A stretch of 64,000 nt of DNA, from contig NIVC01002501.1 of assembly GCA_002269645.1 (NCBI GenBank), positions 62,001-126,000 on the forward strand. The letters run 5' to 3'. The notes under the pieces were generated by a model. It saw only the letters and a program-made list of their open reading frames with translations, was not told the origin of the DNA and ran no database searches. The stretch is from Macrostomum lignano (Eukaryota). Position 1 is the first letter of the stretch; the number at the start of each line of letters is the position of its first letter. Shown piece after piece: positions 1 through 11,224 of this stretch. The translations under genes were made by a program, and so were the position numbers.

Positions 1-140
1 ACTCGGTGGGGTTTCGGTTGAAGACCTCGCAGTGACCGACCCAGCTGTCCCGGTTGGTGTTCCGCGTCACGATGATCTCCTGCTGCGGGAAGGCGATGTC
101 GCTGCGGTTGAACATTCTGGCAAAGGCGTTGCTCAGCTTT
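1..140 (-). CDS. Probable coding exon fragment running off the window start (…MFNRSDIAFPQQEIIVTRNTNRDSWVGHCEVFNRNPTE…), possibly a downstream exon of the C2/EGF gene
   Basis: Open, GC3-rich frame on the minus strand. I could not find a phase-compatible junction to the 1815 donor. Confidence 0.4.
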
Positions 141-809
141 ACGTGAGGGGCGATGTGCGTTTAATATAGCATCTTCAGTTGAGTATTGCTGCTCAGTAAG
201 GCATGCGATTTGGCCATAGAGTGGTTTGGTATCATAAAAAATAGCGTTATTAATAAATCTCCGACATGCCGAGGAGGCAAGCATTAATGCCCATTCCGTT
301 GAACCCTGAACACGCACAACCGCACAGATGCGCTCGAAGGCACACGCTTTGAATTACCAGCTATAGTAACGTTGCTGACAGCCTCTTTCCTTTTTAAAAC
401 TTATCATCATATTTTATACGAGCCATACCTGTCGACTATTTTACCAACGGAGCTGAGAAAGAGTCGTTGTTCCTACGAGGAAGAACGCTGGAAAAACCAG
501 ATGATTTTGTTTGAAAGAAATGCGAGGATTAAATTTCTGCTCGGCTCACCTGAGAACCTTCATAAATCTACCGATAATTTGCATTCCTCTCATTTTCATA
601 CCCCAGCTTGTTGTGAAGTCAGTAGAGTGTGTGACCTGCCCGTGAAAGGCCGGGGTAGTGTCTTGTTATGAACAATTGCAATTTGTAATGTCAACTTTTC
701 TTTCAGCTTTCGCTTGAAGCCTTGAGTTTGAATTTGCAGTTTTCTTGCTTTCTGGGCATTGAGCTTGAGTTGTCTTCGGATGAGAGCTTCATGAACTTCA
801 CTGACATTG

Positions 810-990
810 TTAATTGTAATCAATGTTGATTTTAACTTTTGTTTTTCTCTGCCTGCTAAATAAAGTTGTTGTGAGTGTTAAAAATACACTAGACCCTGAA
901 GATGGCCATTGTTGGTCCGAAACGCGTCGGTAGAAAGAATTAATTGTAATCTATGTTGATTTCAACTTTTGTTTTTCTCTGCCTGCTAAA
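810..990 (+). mobile_element. Penelope-like element terminal (pLTR) remnant
   Basis: ~51-bp direct repeat (ttaattgtaatc.atgttgattt.aacttttgtttttctctgcctgctaaa at ~810-860 and ~940-990) flanks a hammerhead motif. A near-identical terminus lies inverted at ~55270-55356. Confidence 0.6.
893..931 (+). ncRNA. Minimal type I hammerhead ribozyme (Penelope-type)
   Basis: ACC-CTGAAGA-T-GGCCA/TGGTC stem II-C-GAAAC-GCG-TC-GGT. Both conserved cores are present, with a palindromic ACGCGT helix III, a GTC cleavage triplet and an ACC/GGT helix I. Confidence 0.8.
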
Positions 991-1814
991 GCGTGCTACC
1001 TTACCTCAATTTGTAATGGTCATTGACGCCATGACAAATTTGGCGTATATTACTTTGCCGTATGCACTATATACACGCGCACTTTTGCAGTGCGAGGGCA
1101 TTCTGTCCTCCGACGGTCTGAGTCACCCCTTTTTGCGTCCCTTTTTTCGTTGTGGGTCATCCCCCCATCGCGTATACCGCAGTTGGGCTTAAGCCGGTTT
1201 TCTTTATTGTTGTTTATCTCGGGCTCTGAGCTATGATTGGCTGCGGTCAGCTTTGCCCTTTTTTGGCGAGTTACTGATTGGCTGGGCCGGGCGGCGGGCG
1301 GTGCTGCTTTCCCCCTGGCGGGGTGGTGGGCTGTGGGGCTGACGCCGACCTAGGTTAGACACATCGGTACTGTATTGCATCATCTGAACGCAAGCCTGTG
1401 CGTCCCGACGTCTTGCTGAAGGTGGCCGACATCACCGCGTCCCGACGCGTGGGAAGGCTGCGTGGGTGCATCCTGACGCCCCAGACTTTGGGAGATTGCT
1501 CGCACTCGTGCTCGAGTGCAGGCTGGCAAGGACCCGTAATGAATTAAATACTGTACCCTGTAGGACCCACCGTACTGCCTAGGCCGGGACTGCAGGAATA
1601 CAACATTAAAAATCGATAAATTTGTCAGGGATTTTACCATAGACAGTTGCAGCATTCCAAGAAAAGGATTTTTTAAATTTTCCACTTGCTCTGACAATAT
1701 ATTCAATCAGAAAATTCTTATTGACAACCCTTCCACGTGTAGAACAGTTTGCAAATAAATTTGTTTCTTTTTTATTGTGGAGTTTTGAAGATCATCAAAG
1801 ACAGACTGATTAAC

Positions 1815-4275
1815 CGTGCCGGCACATGCTGCTGGCCTTGGAGCCGGTCACGGTTTTCTTGCTGCGGCTCATTTCGCAACTGTCGCCTCTGGCCACGGGC
1901 TTAGTCACGTACTCCACCGCGATGAGGCTCGGCCGGCCGCGCTTGTACTTTAACCGGCACACGTGGAAGCGCTTGGCCTTGCGCCCGGCGCACGGATTAC
2001 CGGCCGAGTCGTTCTTGTCGCAGCGCTCGCCGCTCCAGCCGGCCTGGCAGCTGCAGCGGAACGAGGCGGCCGAGTTGATGCAGCGACCGTGGTCTCCGCA
2101 CGGCTTGGTGTGGCAGTGGTTGAACAGGCGGCACAGGTAGCCGTAGTAGTTGGTGGCGCAGCTGATCCACAGCCGGATGCGGAGGCTGCAACCGGCGAGG
2201 GAAGAAAGCTCTGAGCGGCTGTGTGCTTTCTACTCTATGGAAACTGCCTAACCAGCTAGCAGTGCTCAGGGATGCTCAGCAATGCTCAGGCAATGCCTGC
2301 GTACGCATCCGTGTGCCTTTGTGTGCTCAGGTGTCAGCAGAATAGGGTCACCTTGATCTGCGGCAGAGCCAAACGTTCCATACTTCAATAGCCTAATTAC
2401 TAAGTTAACTTCTAATTACCCCACATCCTCCAACAGACACTGCAGTGGGCTGCCATCTCCGCAAATATTTGCCATCCAATGACTAAACACATCAGCTGCT
2501 AAAAGCTCTCACTGGGTCCTGTGGCTCAGCTGCACAGTCTGCTTGCTCTTGGTGGGCGTCACGGAGCTCCTCTGCAGCGTCTCGATGAGGTCCGCGCTGC
2601 CCACCCTGTCATGGTCGTAGATGGTGGAGGACAGAGACAGGGCCTCCGGCAGCTTGCTGAACGGCTGCGTCACCGGGTTGGACATGCCGCCGATTTTTGA
2701 ACCAAAGTTGACGCTGTCCGAGTTTTTGATCCACGGCAGGGCGATTTTGGCCACTGAGCAGCTGCGGGCGAAGTCGCGTTGAATGGAGCAGCAAGGCATG
2801 AGTAAGAGAGCTTCGAGAAAATCTGGAGATTATGCTAAAAAATCTTTATTTTTGAAAATTTTTTATTTTACATGGATCGAGGGGTGGAATGCTGAGATCC
2901 AAAGCTCAATTGGGAGGCTGAGATACCGTGAGGGAGTTTCTGAGATGCCGTGAGGGGGAGTTGCTGAGATGCCGTGAGGGAGTTTCTGAGATGCAGTGAG
3001 GGGGAGTTGCTGAGATGCCGTGAGGGAGTTTCTGAGATGCAGTGAGGGAGTTTCTGAGATGCAGTGAGGGAGTTTCTGAGATGCCGTGAGGGAGTTGCTG
3101 AGATGCCGTGAGGGAGTTTCTGAGATGCCGTGAGGGAGTTTCTGAGATGCCGTGAGTGGGAGTTTCTGAGATGCCGTGAGTGGGAGTTTCTGAGATGCCG
3201 TGAGTGGGAGTTGCTGAGATGCCGCTAGTTAGTTGCTGAGATGCCGCGAGTTAGTTGCTGAGATGCCGTGAGGGGAGTTGCTGAGATGCCGTGAGTGGGA
3301 ATTGCTGAGATGCCGTGAGGGGAGTTGCTGAGATGCCGTGAGGGGAGTTGCTGAGATGCCGTGAGGGGGAGTTGCTGAGATGCCGTGAGGGGGAGTTGCT
3401 GAGATGCCGCGAGTGGGAGTTGCTGAGATGCCGTGAGTGGGAGTTGCTGAGATGCAGTGAGGGAGTTTCTGAGATGCAGTGAGGGAGTTTCTGAGATGCC
3501 GTGAGGGAGTTTCTGAGATGCCGTGAGGGAGTTTCTGAGATGCCGTGAGTGGGAGTTTCTGAGATGCCGTGAGTGGGAGTTGCTGAGATGCCGTGAGTGG
3601 GAGTTGCTGAGATGCCGTGAGTGGGAGTTGCTGAGATGCCGTGAGGGAGTTGCTGAGATGCCGTGAGGGAGTTGCTGAGATGCCGTGAGGGGGAGTTGCT
3701 GAGATGCCGTGAGGGAGTTTCTGAGATGCCGCGAGTGGGAGTTGCTGAGATGCCGTGAGGGGGAGTTGCTGAGATGCCGTGAGGGGGAGTTGCTGAGATG
3801 CCGTGAGGGGGAGTTGCTGAGATGCCGTGAGGGGAGTTGCTGAGATGCCGTGAGGGGGAGTTGCTGAGATGCCGTGAGGGGAGTTGCTGAGATGCCGTGA
3901 GGGGGAGTTGCTGAGATGCCGTGAGGGGGAGTTGCTGAGATGCCGTGAAGGGGAGTTGCTGAGATGCCGTGAAGGGGAGTTGCTGAGAAACGCAGTAGCA
4001 ATCTGTCTTTTTTCAGCAGTCCAAAACGTCGCGTCTCACCTTTTGAAGTCGCCGGCGGGGCCAACGCACAGATTGACCTGCGGATCGCAGGGAGAGACGC
4101 GCTTCTTCAAGAAGAACAAGCTGTCGCAGTAGTGGCCGCTGGCCAGCCTGGAGTCGGGCACCGCGTACTGCACGAACTCCACGTGTAGCAGGCCGTGGTG
4201 CGGCTCGTCCGCCCGGCCCGGCGACGGCGCTGAAAGCAACAGCAGAAGCGAGAACAGCGAAACAAACTGCAGCAT
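1815..4275 (-). CDS. Secreted/Notch-ligand-like protein: signal peptide + C2 (MNNL-like) domain + EGF repeat; exons 4040-4275, 2513-2761, 1815-2185; continues downstream
   Basis: Signal peptide MLQFVSLFSLLLLLSA. C2-like GLLHVEF..SGHYCD..CDPQVNLC and SNPVTQPF..LSLSSTIYDHD..DLIE. Then LRIRLWISCATNYYGYLC and EGF CHTKPCGDHGRCINSAASFRCSCQAGWSGERC. GT-AG junctions are phase 2/2 compatible. Confidence 0.7.
2921..3988. repeat. Intronic minisatellite, ~21-24-bp unit (GAGTTGCTGAGATGCCGTGAGGG(G))
   Basis: Tandem array filling intron 1 of the C2/EGF gene. Confidence 0.95.
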
Positions 4276-5034
4276 TGCCTCTTGGGGACGGTGAGCGGGT
4301 CAGAAAGATGAGAAAGATGAGGTTCTTGCCAAAATGAATTCTTGTGTTGTTGCATTAAATGCTCTACACTCCAGAGGTAGAGAAATGGAAGGTGGGCCGG
4401 AGAGTCGGTGTCTGTGCAGCGGCCGCAGGTGCTCGTGGCAGCGGGCACGCGCAAGAATAAGGAGAGGACAGGCAAGAGGTTGAGCATAGTGTCTGAGTAT
4501 GGGGCTTTGTCAGCAGCACTGCCAGGCACGTTTTCATGCTCACATCGCATGCCCAGCACGTCTCTGAGTATAGATCAGCGCACTCGGCATTGTTGCACTG
4601 GCCTACTTTAATTCAACTGAGTTTTAATGCTCCTCATTCTCTGAGTGGGCTGCTCAGGAGACAATGGACTGAAGCCAGCCATTCCCTCTGCTGTCTCATT
4701 CACGCTCTGCTGAAGCACTCAGCATGGGGGTGTTGATAGGCGCGGAGGGGGCGATTTTCGGCAGTAATTTTCATTGCAGCCAGTCTGCCTTGTTGATTGC
4801 GTCTCCAAGCCAACCCTGTGTCGCGTGAATTGCTTTCTCCTCTTTGATTGTCAATATTCTCCAGCACTTAGTGTGTTATAGTAGCCTGAAACAGGATTTT
4901 AGAATGAAAGCAAAATCAATTTATTAAATGGATAATGGGATGAACGATTATAATTGTACTCAAATGCAACAGGACTGGGACCGTTGCTAAAACGGGTAAA
5001 ACAGATAAAGGAATGGGATTAATGGCTATTTTAT

Positions 5035-5610
5035 GATTGCTTTGATTGCAGTTTGATGATTGCTTTGATTGCAGTTTGATGATTGCTTTGATTGCAGTTT
5101 GATGATTGCTTTGATTGCAGTTTGATGATTGCTTTGATTGCAGTTTGATGATTGCTTTGATTGCAGTTTGATGATTGCTTTGATTGCAGTTTGATGATTG
5201 CTTTGATTGCAGTTTGATGATTGCTTTGATTGCAGTTTGATGATTGCTTTGATTGCAGTTTGATGATTGCTTTGATTGCAGTTTGATGATTGCTTTGATT
5301 GCAGTTTGATGATTGCTTTGATTGCAGTTTGATGATTGCTTTGATTGCAGTTTGATGATTGCTAGATTGCAGTTTGATGATTGCTTTGATTGCAGTTTGA
5401 TGATTGCTTTGATTGCAGTTTGATGATTGCTTTGATTGCAGTTTGATGATTGCTTTGATTGCAGTTTGATGATTGCTTTGATTGCAGTTTGATGATTGCT
5501 TTGATTGCAGTTTGATGATTGCTTGATCGCAGTTTGATGATTGCTTGATCGCAGTTTGATGATTGCTTGATTGCAGTTTGATGATTGCTTTGATTGCAGC
5601 TTGATGATTG
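5035..5610. repeat. 23-bp minisatellite (TTTGATGATTGCTTTGATTGCAG)n
   Basis: Direct inspection; the overlapping ORFs show a 23-aa period. Confidence 0.95.
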
Positions 5611-5824
5611 CAAACTGGGCTTGTGCTTGCAAACTGGGTCGTAAGCATGGGCTCAAGGATCAAAGTGCGTGAAAGAGACGAACGAGAAAGTCAGAGGAGA
5701 TGCACCTCTGACTCTCTGGGTCAGCTGTGTCCAACTCCTGCGGCTGAATGCAATTCTCACAGTAATTCTAGTTCAGTTCATCAAAGTTTTATTTCTTGGA
5801 AATCCGAAGCTCGACCCGTCCTGC

Positions 5825-8800
5825 TCACTCCTCGCCACACCAGGCCTGCAGCTGGTTGAACTCGGACCTGTCAATCATCCGAGCGAACAGCGCAAAGCAG
5901 GCCACGCTGCCGCTGATGCAGCTCTCGTTGCGGCGCGGCTCAAAGCCAATCTTTACGCAGCTGAAGGTCGCTTCAGTCAGCGTCATCGTTGAGGCGGTCT
6001 GCTGCAGCCGGGTGTTGTTCAGGTCGTCTCGGTCATTGTAGAACAGGAGCTGGTAGTTGGTGCCGTTGAACCCAGCGCCCACGGAGTGGCTGGTGGAGCC
6101 GGTGAAGGAGCCAAAGGCCTTCAACCTCGACAGGTAGTTTTCGCCGCCCACATTCGGGACGAAGCCGCCGGCCTCAACGTAGGTTCCGGAGTGGAACAGC
6201 CAGCCGCCCTGGCTGGAGCCGCCGCAGAGACCGAGCGAGAAGAGCTGCGTTCTGCTGCAGGGTCGAAGTCGGGAGGACAAACAGGACTCAGTGCTTGCGT
6301 CAAGATGTGCAAAAATGATTTTGAGCGTTTCTTAGGTGTTACAAGACCGCAGTTATCGGTTAATTGGAACTTCGTGCTAGGAATCTGCCCTGGGGGGTTG
6401 TGGCGTGTGCTGTGAGTCCCCGTAGATGAGAAGTCATGATTGCTGAACACCCGGCCAGTGTTGCGACTTTCTTAGTACGTTTATCTGCACTCGTCCCTGT
6501 TTACTCTAGTTTTCTGTCCCTCTGTCTTTCAGTTTTAACTCAAATTTAGATACGAATAGTCTGGGTTGCGTTGATGAGTTCATGCCATAGACACAGTTTG
6601 CGGCTTGGCCTGCCCTGCAGGCCATGAACATTTTTTAATCTTTGGCTGACATGTCTTTAGTTTGCGGTAGCAGCTCCTACTGAGTATTTAGTCTTTGAAA
6701 CATTTGGATTGTATTTGTACAGCTTGTGGCTCAGTTTTTAAGCTAGAGCAGCTTCTATTAACGTCCTTTTCAATTTTTTTAACACTATTTATCGTCATTA
6801 TGGCTCAAGCGGAGCATTTTGATACTGATACTGATCCCGAGTTTGAAGAAGGAGACGACAGTTTTTTCACTGATGATGAGGACGAAACCGAACAAGGAGG
6901 CATGGAAATGCAAGAGGTAGATGAAGGCTTGGCCGCTGCCCAGGGTGCAACCAATGTTTGGCATGCATGCCACCCTGGCCAAGATCAGAAGCTGAACCAG
7001 GACCCGGAGTTCCTTGGCATGCCAGGTGTCAATCCGGATTTGCCGCAACCCGAGAACGCTGATGAAGATCCAGTAGCTTTCAGCCGAATGTTTCTGACAC
7101 CCGAATTGCTACAGAAGCTGTGCGACTGGACGAATGCTCGAGCGTGGCGCGAGTTCGAAGATCTTCAGGATGAACAGCTACCATCGCGATTTTCCAGCTG
7201 GAAGGATGTCAATGTAAATGAGATGTCAAAGTTCGTCGCAATGTCACTTTATATGGGAGTAGTAAAAAAACCGGAAGTGACCCACTATTGGTCTAAAAGC
7301 GAGTTCTATTCTACGCCATTCTTCCAGCAGCAAGCATGTCTGCCAAGAGACAGGTTTCAGCAGATCAGCAGTCTACTACGCTTCTATGACTGCTCCAACT
7401 TTGACGCCGCTGATCCTCTGGCTAAGGCCAGGCCCTTCATCAACTGTGTGTCGCGGATCTGCCGGAACGTGTACATGCCAGAGAAGGAGCTAAGCGTAGA
7501 CGAAGAACTGGTGCTGTTCAGAGGAAGAGTACTGTTCCGCCAATATATTCCAGCTAAAAAAGCGCGGTATGGCATTAAAATTTATTGCTTGTGTGAGGCA
7601 AAAACAGGTTATGTTTGCAACTTTCTTGTGCATTCGAGCAGAGCCGAGAATGATAAGTTTGGTCAAGATCTGGGATGTGAAGGACTTTCGATGAGCGAGA
7701 AGGTGCTGTTTGAGACATGCCGATATGTACTGGACCTTGGCTACCATGTCGTTTGCGACAGCTGGTTCGGATCGCATCGCCTAGCAGACTACCTGCTGCG
7801 TCACGGCACACTGCTGACCTGCACAGTGCGTGCAAACCGCGGTGTCCCCGTTGAACTGAGAGATCTGGCCGTGCCCGCTCCAGGCTGTGCCTTCATGCGA
7901 AGCGGCAGTGTACTTGCTGTGAAGTACGTCGTCAGAAAGGCATCTGGTACAAAGACGGTGTATTTTATTGACACCAAAAATGCCGCCGCCATTCAACATG
8001 TTCACCGCACCATTCAAGGAAATGATGAAGTTGTAGAACTCAAGCCTCTAACAGCAACATCGTACAATAGCTTTATGGGCGGTGTTGATAAACTGGATTC
8101 TGGCCTACAGCCATACAGCCCAAACAGAAGGACACAAAAGTGGTTTGCCAAGCTAGGGGCCCACTTTTTCTTGGTCCTTGTCAGAAACGGTTGGGTTGTG
8201 TTCCAGTCCCGTGGCGGCTCGTACGACTTCCTGAAGTTCCTGGAATTAACCATCAAGGGCTTCATCCAGACTACTGGACCTGCACGGAGCCGGCAAATTC
8301 AAGCACAACCTGGCACAGGACCCAATAGGCAGCAGCATCTCCTGAAGCGCCTCCGGCCAACAGGTGCCCAGGCTCGGCCAGCCAAGCGTTGCAGACAGTG
8401 TTACAAGAGTGGCCGAGTCAAGAAAACTGTCTATTGTTGCAATCACTGCCAGGGAAATCCAGGTCTTTGCGCTGTGCCCTGCTTCGGAGATTGGCATGCC
8501 AATCAAAATTAATTATAACTATTTGTTAAATTGTGACTCACTTGCTGTTATGCCTATGACTGTTACTCGTACTTGGTGTTATCGATGTTTGTTGGTCGTT
8601 GTTGAATTACTCGCTTATCATTTTAAACTTGTTCGTATTACTTGTTTTCGTAAATTTTTCACTATGTCTTTGAACTTTTATTCACTGTTCCAATGACTGT
8701 TGAGAAAATATATTCACAATTCATAACTCGTTTAGTATCCCTGTTGCGCCATAATATAGAAAAAATCAGATGTTAAAAGGAACAAAAAAGTTACTTAAAA

Positions 8801-10979
8801 CAACCGACTTTTTCATGGCCTGCTCTGCAGGCCACAGCCGCAAACTAAGACTCGTTAGAAATGTTTTAACATATCAGCAGCAAATTGAGCCGCAGACCAT
8901 AGATATGAGACCATGACCTGCAGAGCAGGCCATCCGCAGTCTTGGGGTTTTAAATTTGAGTTAAAAACAGACAGACGGAAGTAAGAGGGGCTCAAAGACC
9001 GAACGGTTATATTTACGAGCTGTCAGTGGGGGAGGGGGGAGGGTTGCAAGATAAGACGGAGCGCGCGACTAAGGAAAGAGCCGAGATGGGGGAGCCAATC
9101 AGAAGACAGCGAGGGGAGAAAGAAAAACAAGGTTGAATTGGGCAGAGAGGGGCGAAAACAAGAGTAAACAGAGACGAGTGCATATGAACTAAGAAATGAC
9201 AGCCGTGCGTCAGAGCGTACTCCCAGCTGGCGTACAAATCCATGTACTTGCTTCTGGACTCTCAGTGGTTTCTAATTGTACTAAACGCTATGACGACAGG
9301 CTTGTAAACTACAATTCCTGAGGTAGATAAGTTCATTGCACCGCTATCCGTCGACCGATGTCGAATTGATGTAGGGGCTTCTTACCTGGGCAGGGAGAGG
9401 CTGTACCGGGCCCACGTGTACATGGAGTGCAGCCCGCCAGGCTGGAACAGATTGTGCAGTCCGGACAGGTTCGTCCAGGCCTGCGAGCCCATGTGGCCGG
9501 CCAGGCTGAGCCCGATTCCGTCCACGCGATCCGCTGACATGAGGTTCGGAGTTCGAGTCCCCGGCTTGGCCAGATTGTCCAGAGACAGACGGAAATTGTA
9601 GAGAATCTCGGCGGACGCCAGCAGCTTGTCGGGTAGCGAGTCTGGGGCGGGCGGGTGAAGTTCTGCATGGCTGCCTTGGCGACTGTAGTATTGCACTGTA
9701 GCCAAATGCTTATCTACATGTACATGTAAGCTGTCAGGGAGTTGTAGCCTAGTGGTTAGGGCGTCGGACTCACGACTGCAAGGTCATGGGGTTCGATTCT
9801 CGACCCACTGGAACAATTTGTGTCCTTAAGCAACACACTTAACTCTACATTGCTTGAGTTGGGTTGCTTTCACAACCGCGAAACTTCACATCCGCTAAAA
9901 AGACTGCCGTATATGAAAGTAAGTGCAAAAATTTTAGCGTTAGTGAAGTTTAGCGGTTGTGAAATTTTGCGTTTGTGAAACTCACCCCTTTATTTCACCC
10001 AGGATTAAAATTATTGTACCAGCATTAGCTGGGGTAATTTGAGGGTCTGTGTGGCGACCCCCCAGTCCTTGGACTGAACAGCCGTATGCAGCCTTTAGAT
10101 GCGCTGCGCAATAGATGTGGCAGAGCTGTCGGTTGTACATTATCATACGCTCGTAAATATTATTTTAGCTTTGCAGTCAAACTCAAATTCATGTGCATGT
10201 AGGCCTAGGGGAAGTGCCCCATGAAGTTAAACCCAAGCCACGGGACCACAGTTGGAGTGACCCTAAACTGGAGTGGCCCCAGTTAGAGCGATCCTAAATT
10301 GGAGTGACCCCAGTTAGAGCGATCCTAAACTGGAGTGACCCCAGTTAGTAATCGTAAATCCTAAACTGGAGTGACCCTAAACTATAGTGACCCCAGTTGG
10401 AGTGATCCTAAACTGGAGTGACCCCAGTTGGAGTGATCCTAAACTGGAGTGACCCCAGTTGGAGTGATCTTAAACTGGAGTGACCCCAGTTGGAGTGATC
10501 CTAAACTGGAGTGACCCCAGTTGGAGTGACCCTTAAACTGGAGTGACCCCAGTTGGAGTGACCCTTAAACTGGAGTGACCCCAGTTAGAGTGACCCTAAA
10601 CTGGAGTGACCCCAGTTAGTGATCCTAAACCCACCAGTCCAGCTGACAGCAAAGGCGCGGCAGCCGGTCCGGAAGCGCCAGTCCAGCGAGAACTCGCGCC
10701 AGTTGCAGGCACCGCTGCCTTCCTCAGTCGAGTGCGCGGCCACGCAGGCGGGCCGCCGGCGGCAGCGCAGCACGCAGGCCGCCTGAGCGCCTACATCCGA
10801 CACAGGCCCAGCTCCAAGGCTGATCAGCTCCGTCGGTTGTCGAATGCCCACCTGCGGGCATTCGAGCTGGGCCTGTCGGTGGCGTGGAACTTCCAGCTGC
10901 ATCAGCCCGAGGACGCCTGCAGGCGGCTGCCGCTGAAGTTGAGCAGCAGCCACACGGTAAGTCTGGCAAGCAGCTTCAT
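5825..10979 (-). CDS. Secreted PAN/Apple-like + LamG/ConA-like protein (~358 aa); exons 10631-10979, 9386-9682, 5825-6254; needs a 1-nt frameshift correction near 10905
   Basis: Signal peptide MKLLARLTVWLLLNF and PAN-like AACVLRCRRRPACVA. C-terminus CVKIGFEPRR..ISGSVACFALF…E resembles CIGLGFRPGR..LKGTVQAVAIM…E of the 60-63 kb genes. Phase-2 GT-AG junctions fit. Confidence 0.55.
6539..8960 (+). mobile_element. piggyBac DNA transposon, apparently full length, in intron 2 of the PAN/LamG gene
   Basis: TTAA at 6535-6538 and 8961-8964. Terminal IR CTCAAATTTA. Subterminal inverted repeats at 6595-6628 and 8812-8846 with a GGCCTGC-NNN-GCAGGCC palindrome, third copy at ~8915-8933. Confidence 0.8.
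6800..8512 (+). CDS. piggyBac transposase (PGBD4-like), 570 aa, uninterrupted
   Basis: Acidic N-terminus. Motifs SVDEELVLFRGR, YIPAKKARYGIK, VVCDSWF, YNSFMGGVDKLD. C-terminal Cys-rich domain RCRQC…CCNHC…LCAVPCFGDWH. Confidence 0.93.
   Translation: MAQAEHFDTDTDPEFEEGDDSFFTDDEDETEQGGMEMQEVDEGLAAAQGATNVWHACHPGQDQKLNQDPEFLGMPGVNPDLPQPENADEDPVAFSRMFLTPELLQKLCDWTNARAWREFEDLQDEQLPSRFSSWKDVNVNEMSKFVAMSLYMGVVKKPEVTHYWSKSEFYSTPFFQQQACLPRDRFQQISSLLRFYDCSNFDAADPLAKARPFINCVSRICRNVYMPEKELSVDEELVLFRGRVLFRQYIPAKKARYGIKIYCLCEAKTGYVCNFLVHSSRAENDKFGQDLGCEGLSMSEKVLFETCRYVLDLGYHVVCDSWFGSHRLADYLLRHGTLLTCTVRANRGVPVELRDLAVPAPGCAFMRSGSVLAVKYVVRKASGTKTVYFIDTKNAAAIQHVHRTIQGNDEVVELKPLTATSYNSFMGGVDKLDSGLQPYSPNRRTQKWFAKLGAHFFLVLVRNGWVVFQSRGGSYDFLKFLELTIKGFIQTTGPARSRQIQAQPGTGPNRQQHLLKRLRPTGAQARPAKRCRQCYKSGRVKKTVYCCNHCQGNPGLCAVPCFGDWHANQN
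9737..10075 (+). mobile_element. tRNA-derived SINE with a CORE/Meta-like central domain, interrupted by a ~127-bp hairpin element (9861-9987)
   Basis: A box TAGCCTAGTGG and B box GGTTCGATTCT. Body TGTGTCCTTAAGCAACACACTTAACTC resumes as CACCCAGGAT..GTACCAGC after an insert with GGGT..TTTCACAA/TTGTGAAA..ACCC ends. Confidence 0.6.
10250..10630. repeat. 31-bp intronic minisatellite (TTGGAGTGATCCTAAACTGGAGTGACCCCAG)n
   Basis: Direct inspection; abuts the predicted donor at 10630. Confidence 0.9.
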
Positions 10980-11224
10980 CACTCCGGATTGCAGCAGCAG
11001 CAAGTGAGCGGCAACTCCCCGAGCTGATGCCATTAAATAGAGTGAGCTATTTCCTACTGCAGAGACGCATCGTGGATTCACAGCCAGCGGCCCTGCTCTC
11101 AAGCTTTCAGCCAATAAAGTGGATTGAGCTCAACTGAGTGACTCAGGCCAGCTACTCGAGTTTACTTAGCAACACCTTCCCCAGCTTTATCCAGTCTGTC
11201 AATAAACTCAGACTGGGAGCTGAC

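Noticed and set aside
1370-1560. Additional exon of the C2/EGF gene (sushi-like CEQSPKVWG…IQYRC frame)
   Set aside because: No phase-compatible acceptor for the phase-1 donor at 1814; left unresolved.
9737-9810. tRNA gene (also 43381-43455)
   Set aside because: A/B boxes are present but the acceptor stem does not close; each continues into a repeated SINE body, with TSDs at 43374.
10830-10905. In-frame TGA codons after the signal peptide read as selenocysteine
   Set aside because: That frame ends at TAG soon after and shows no homology; a 1-nt shift gives the frame resembling the paralogs.
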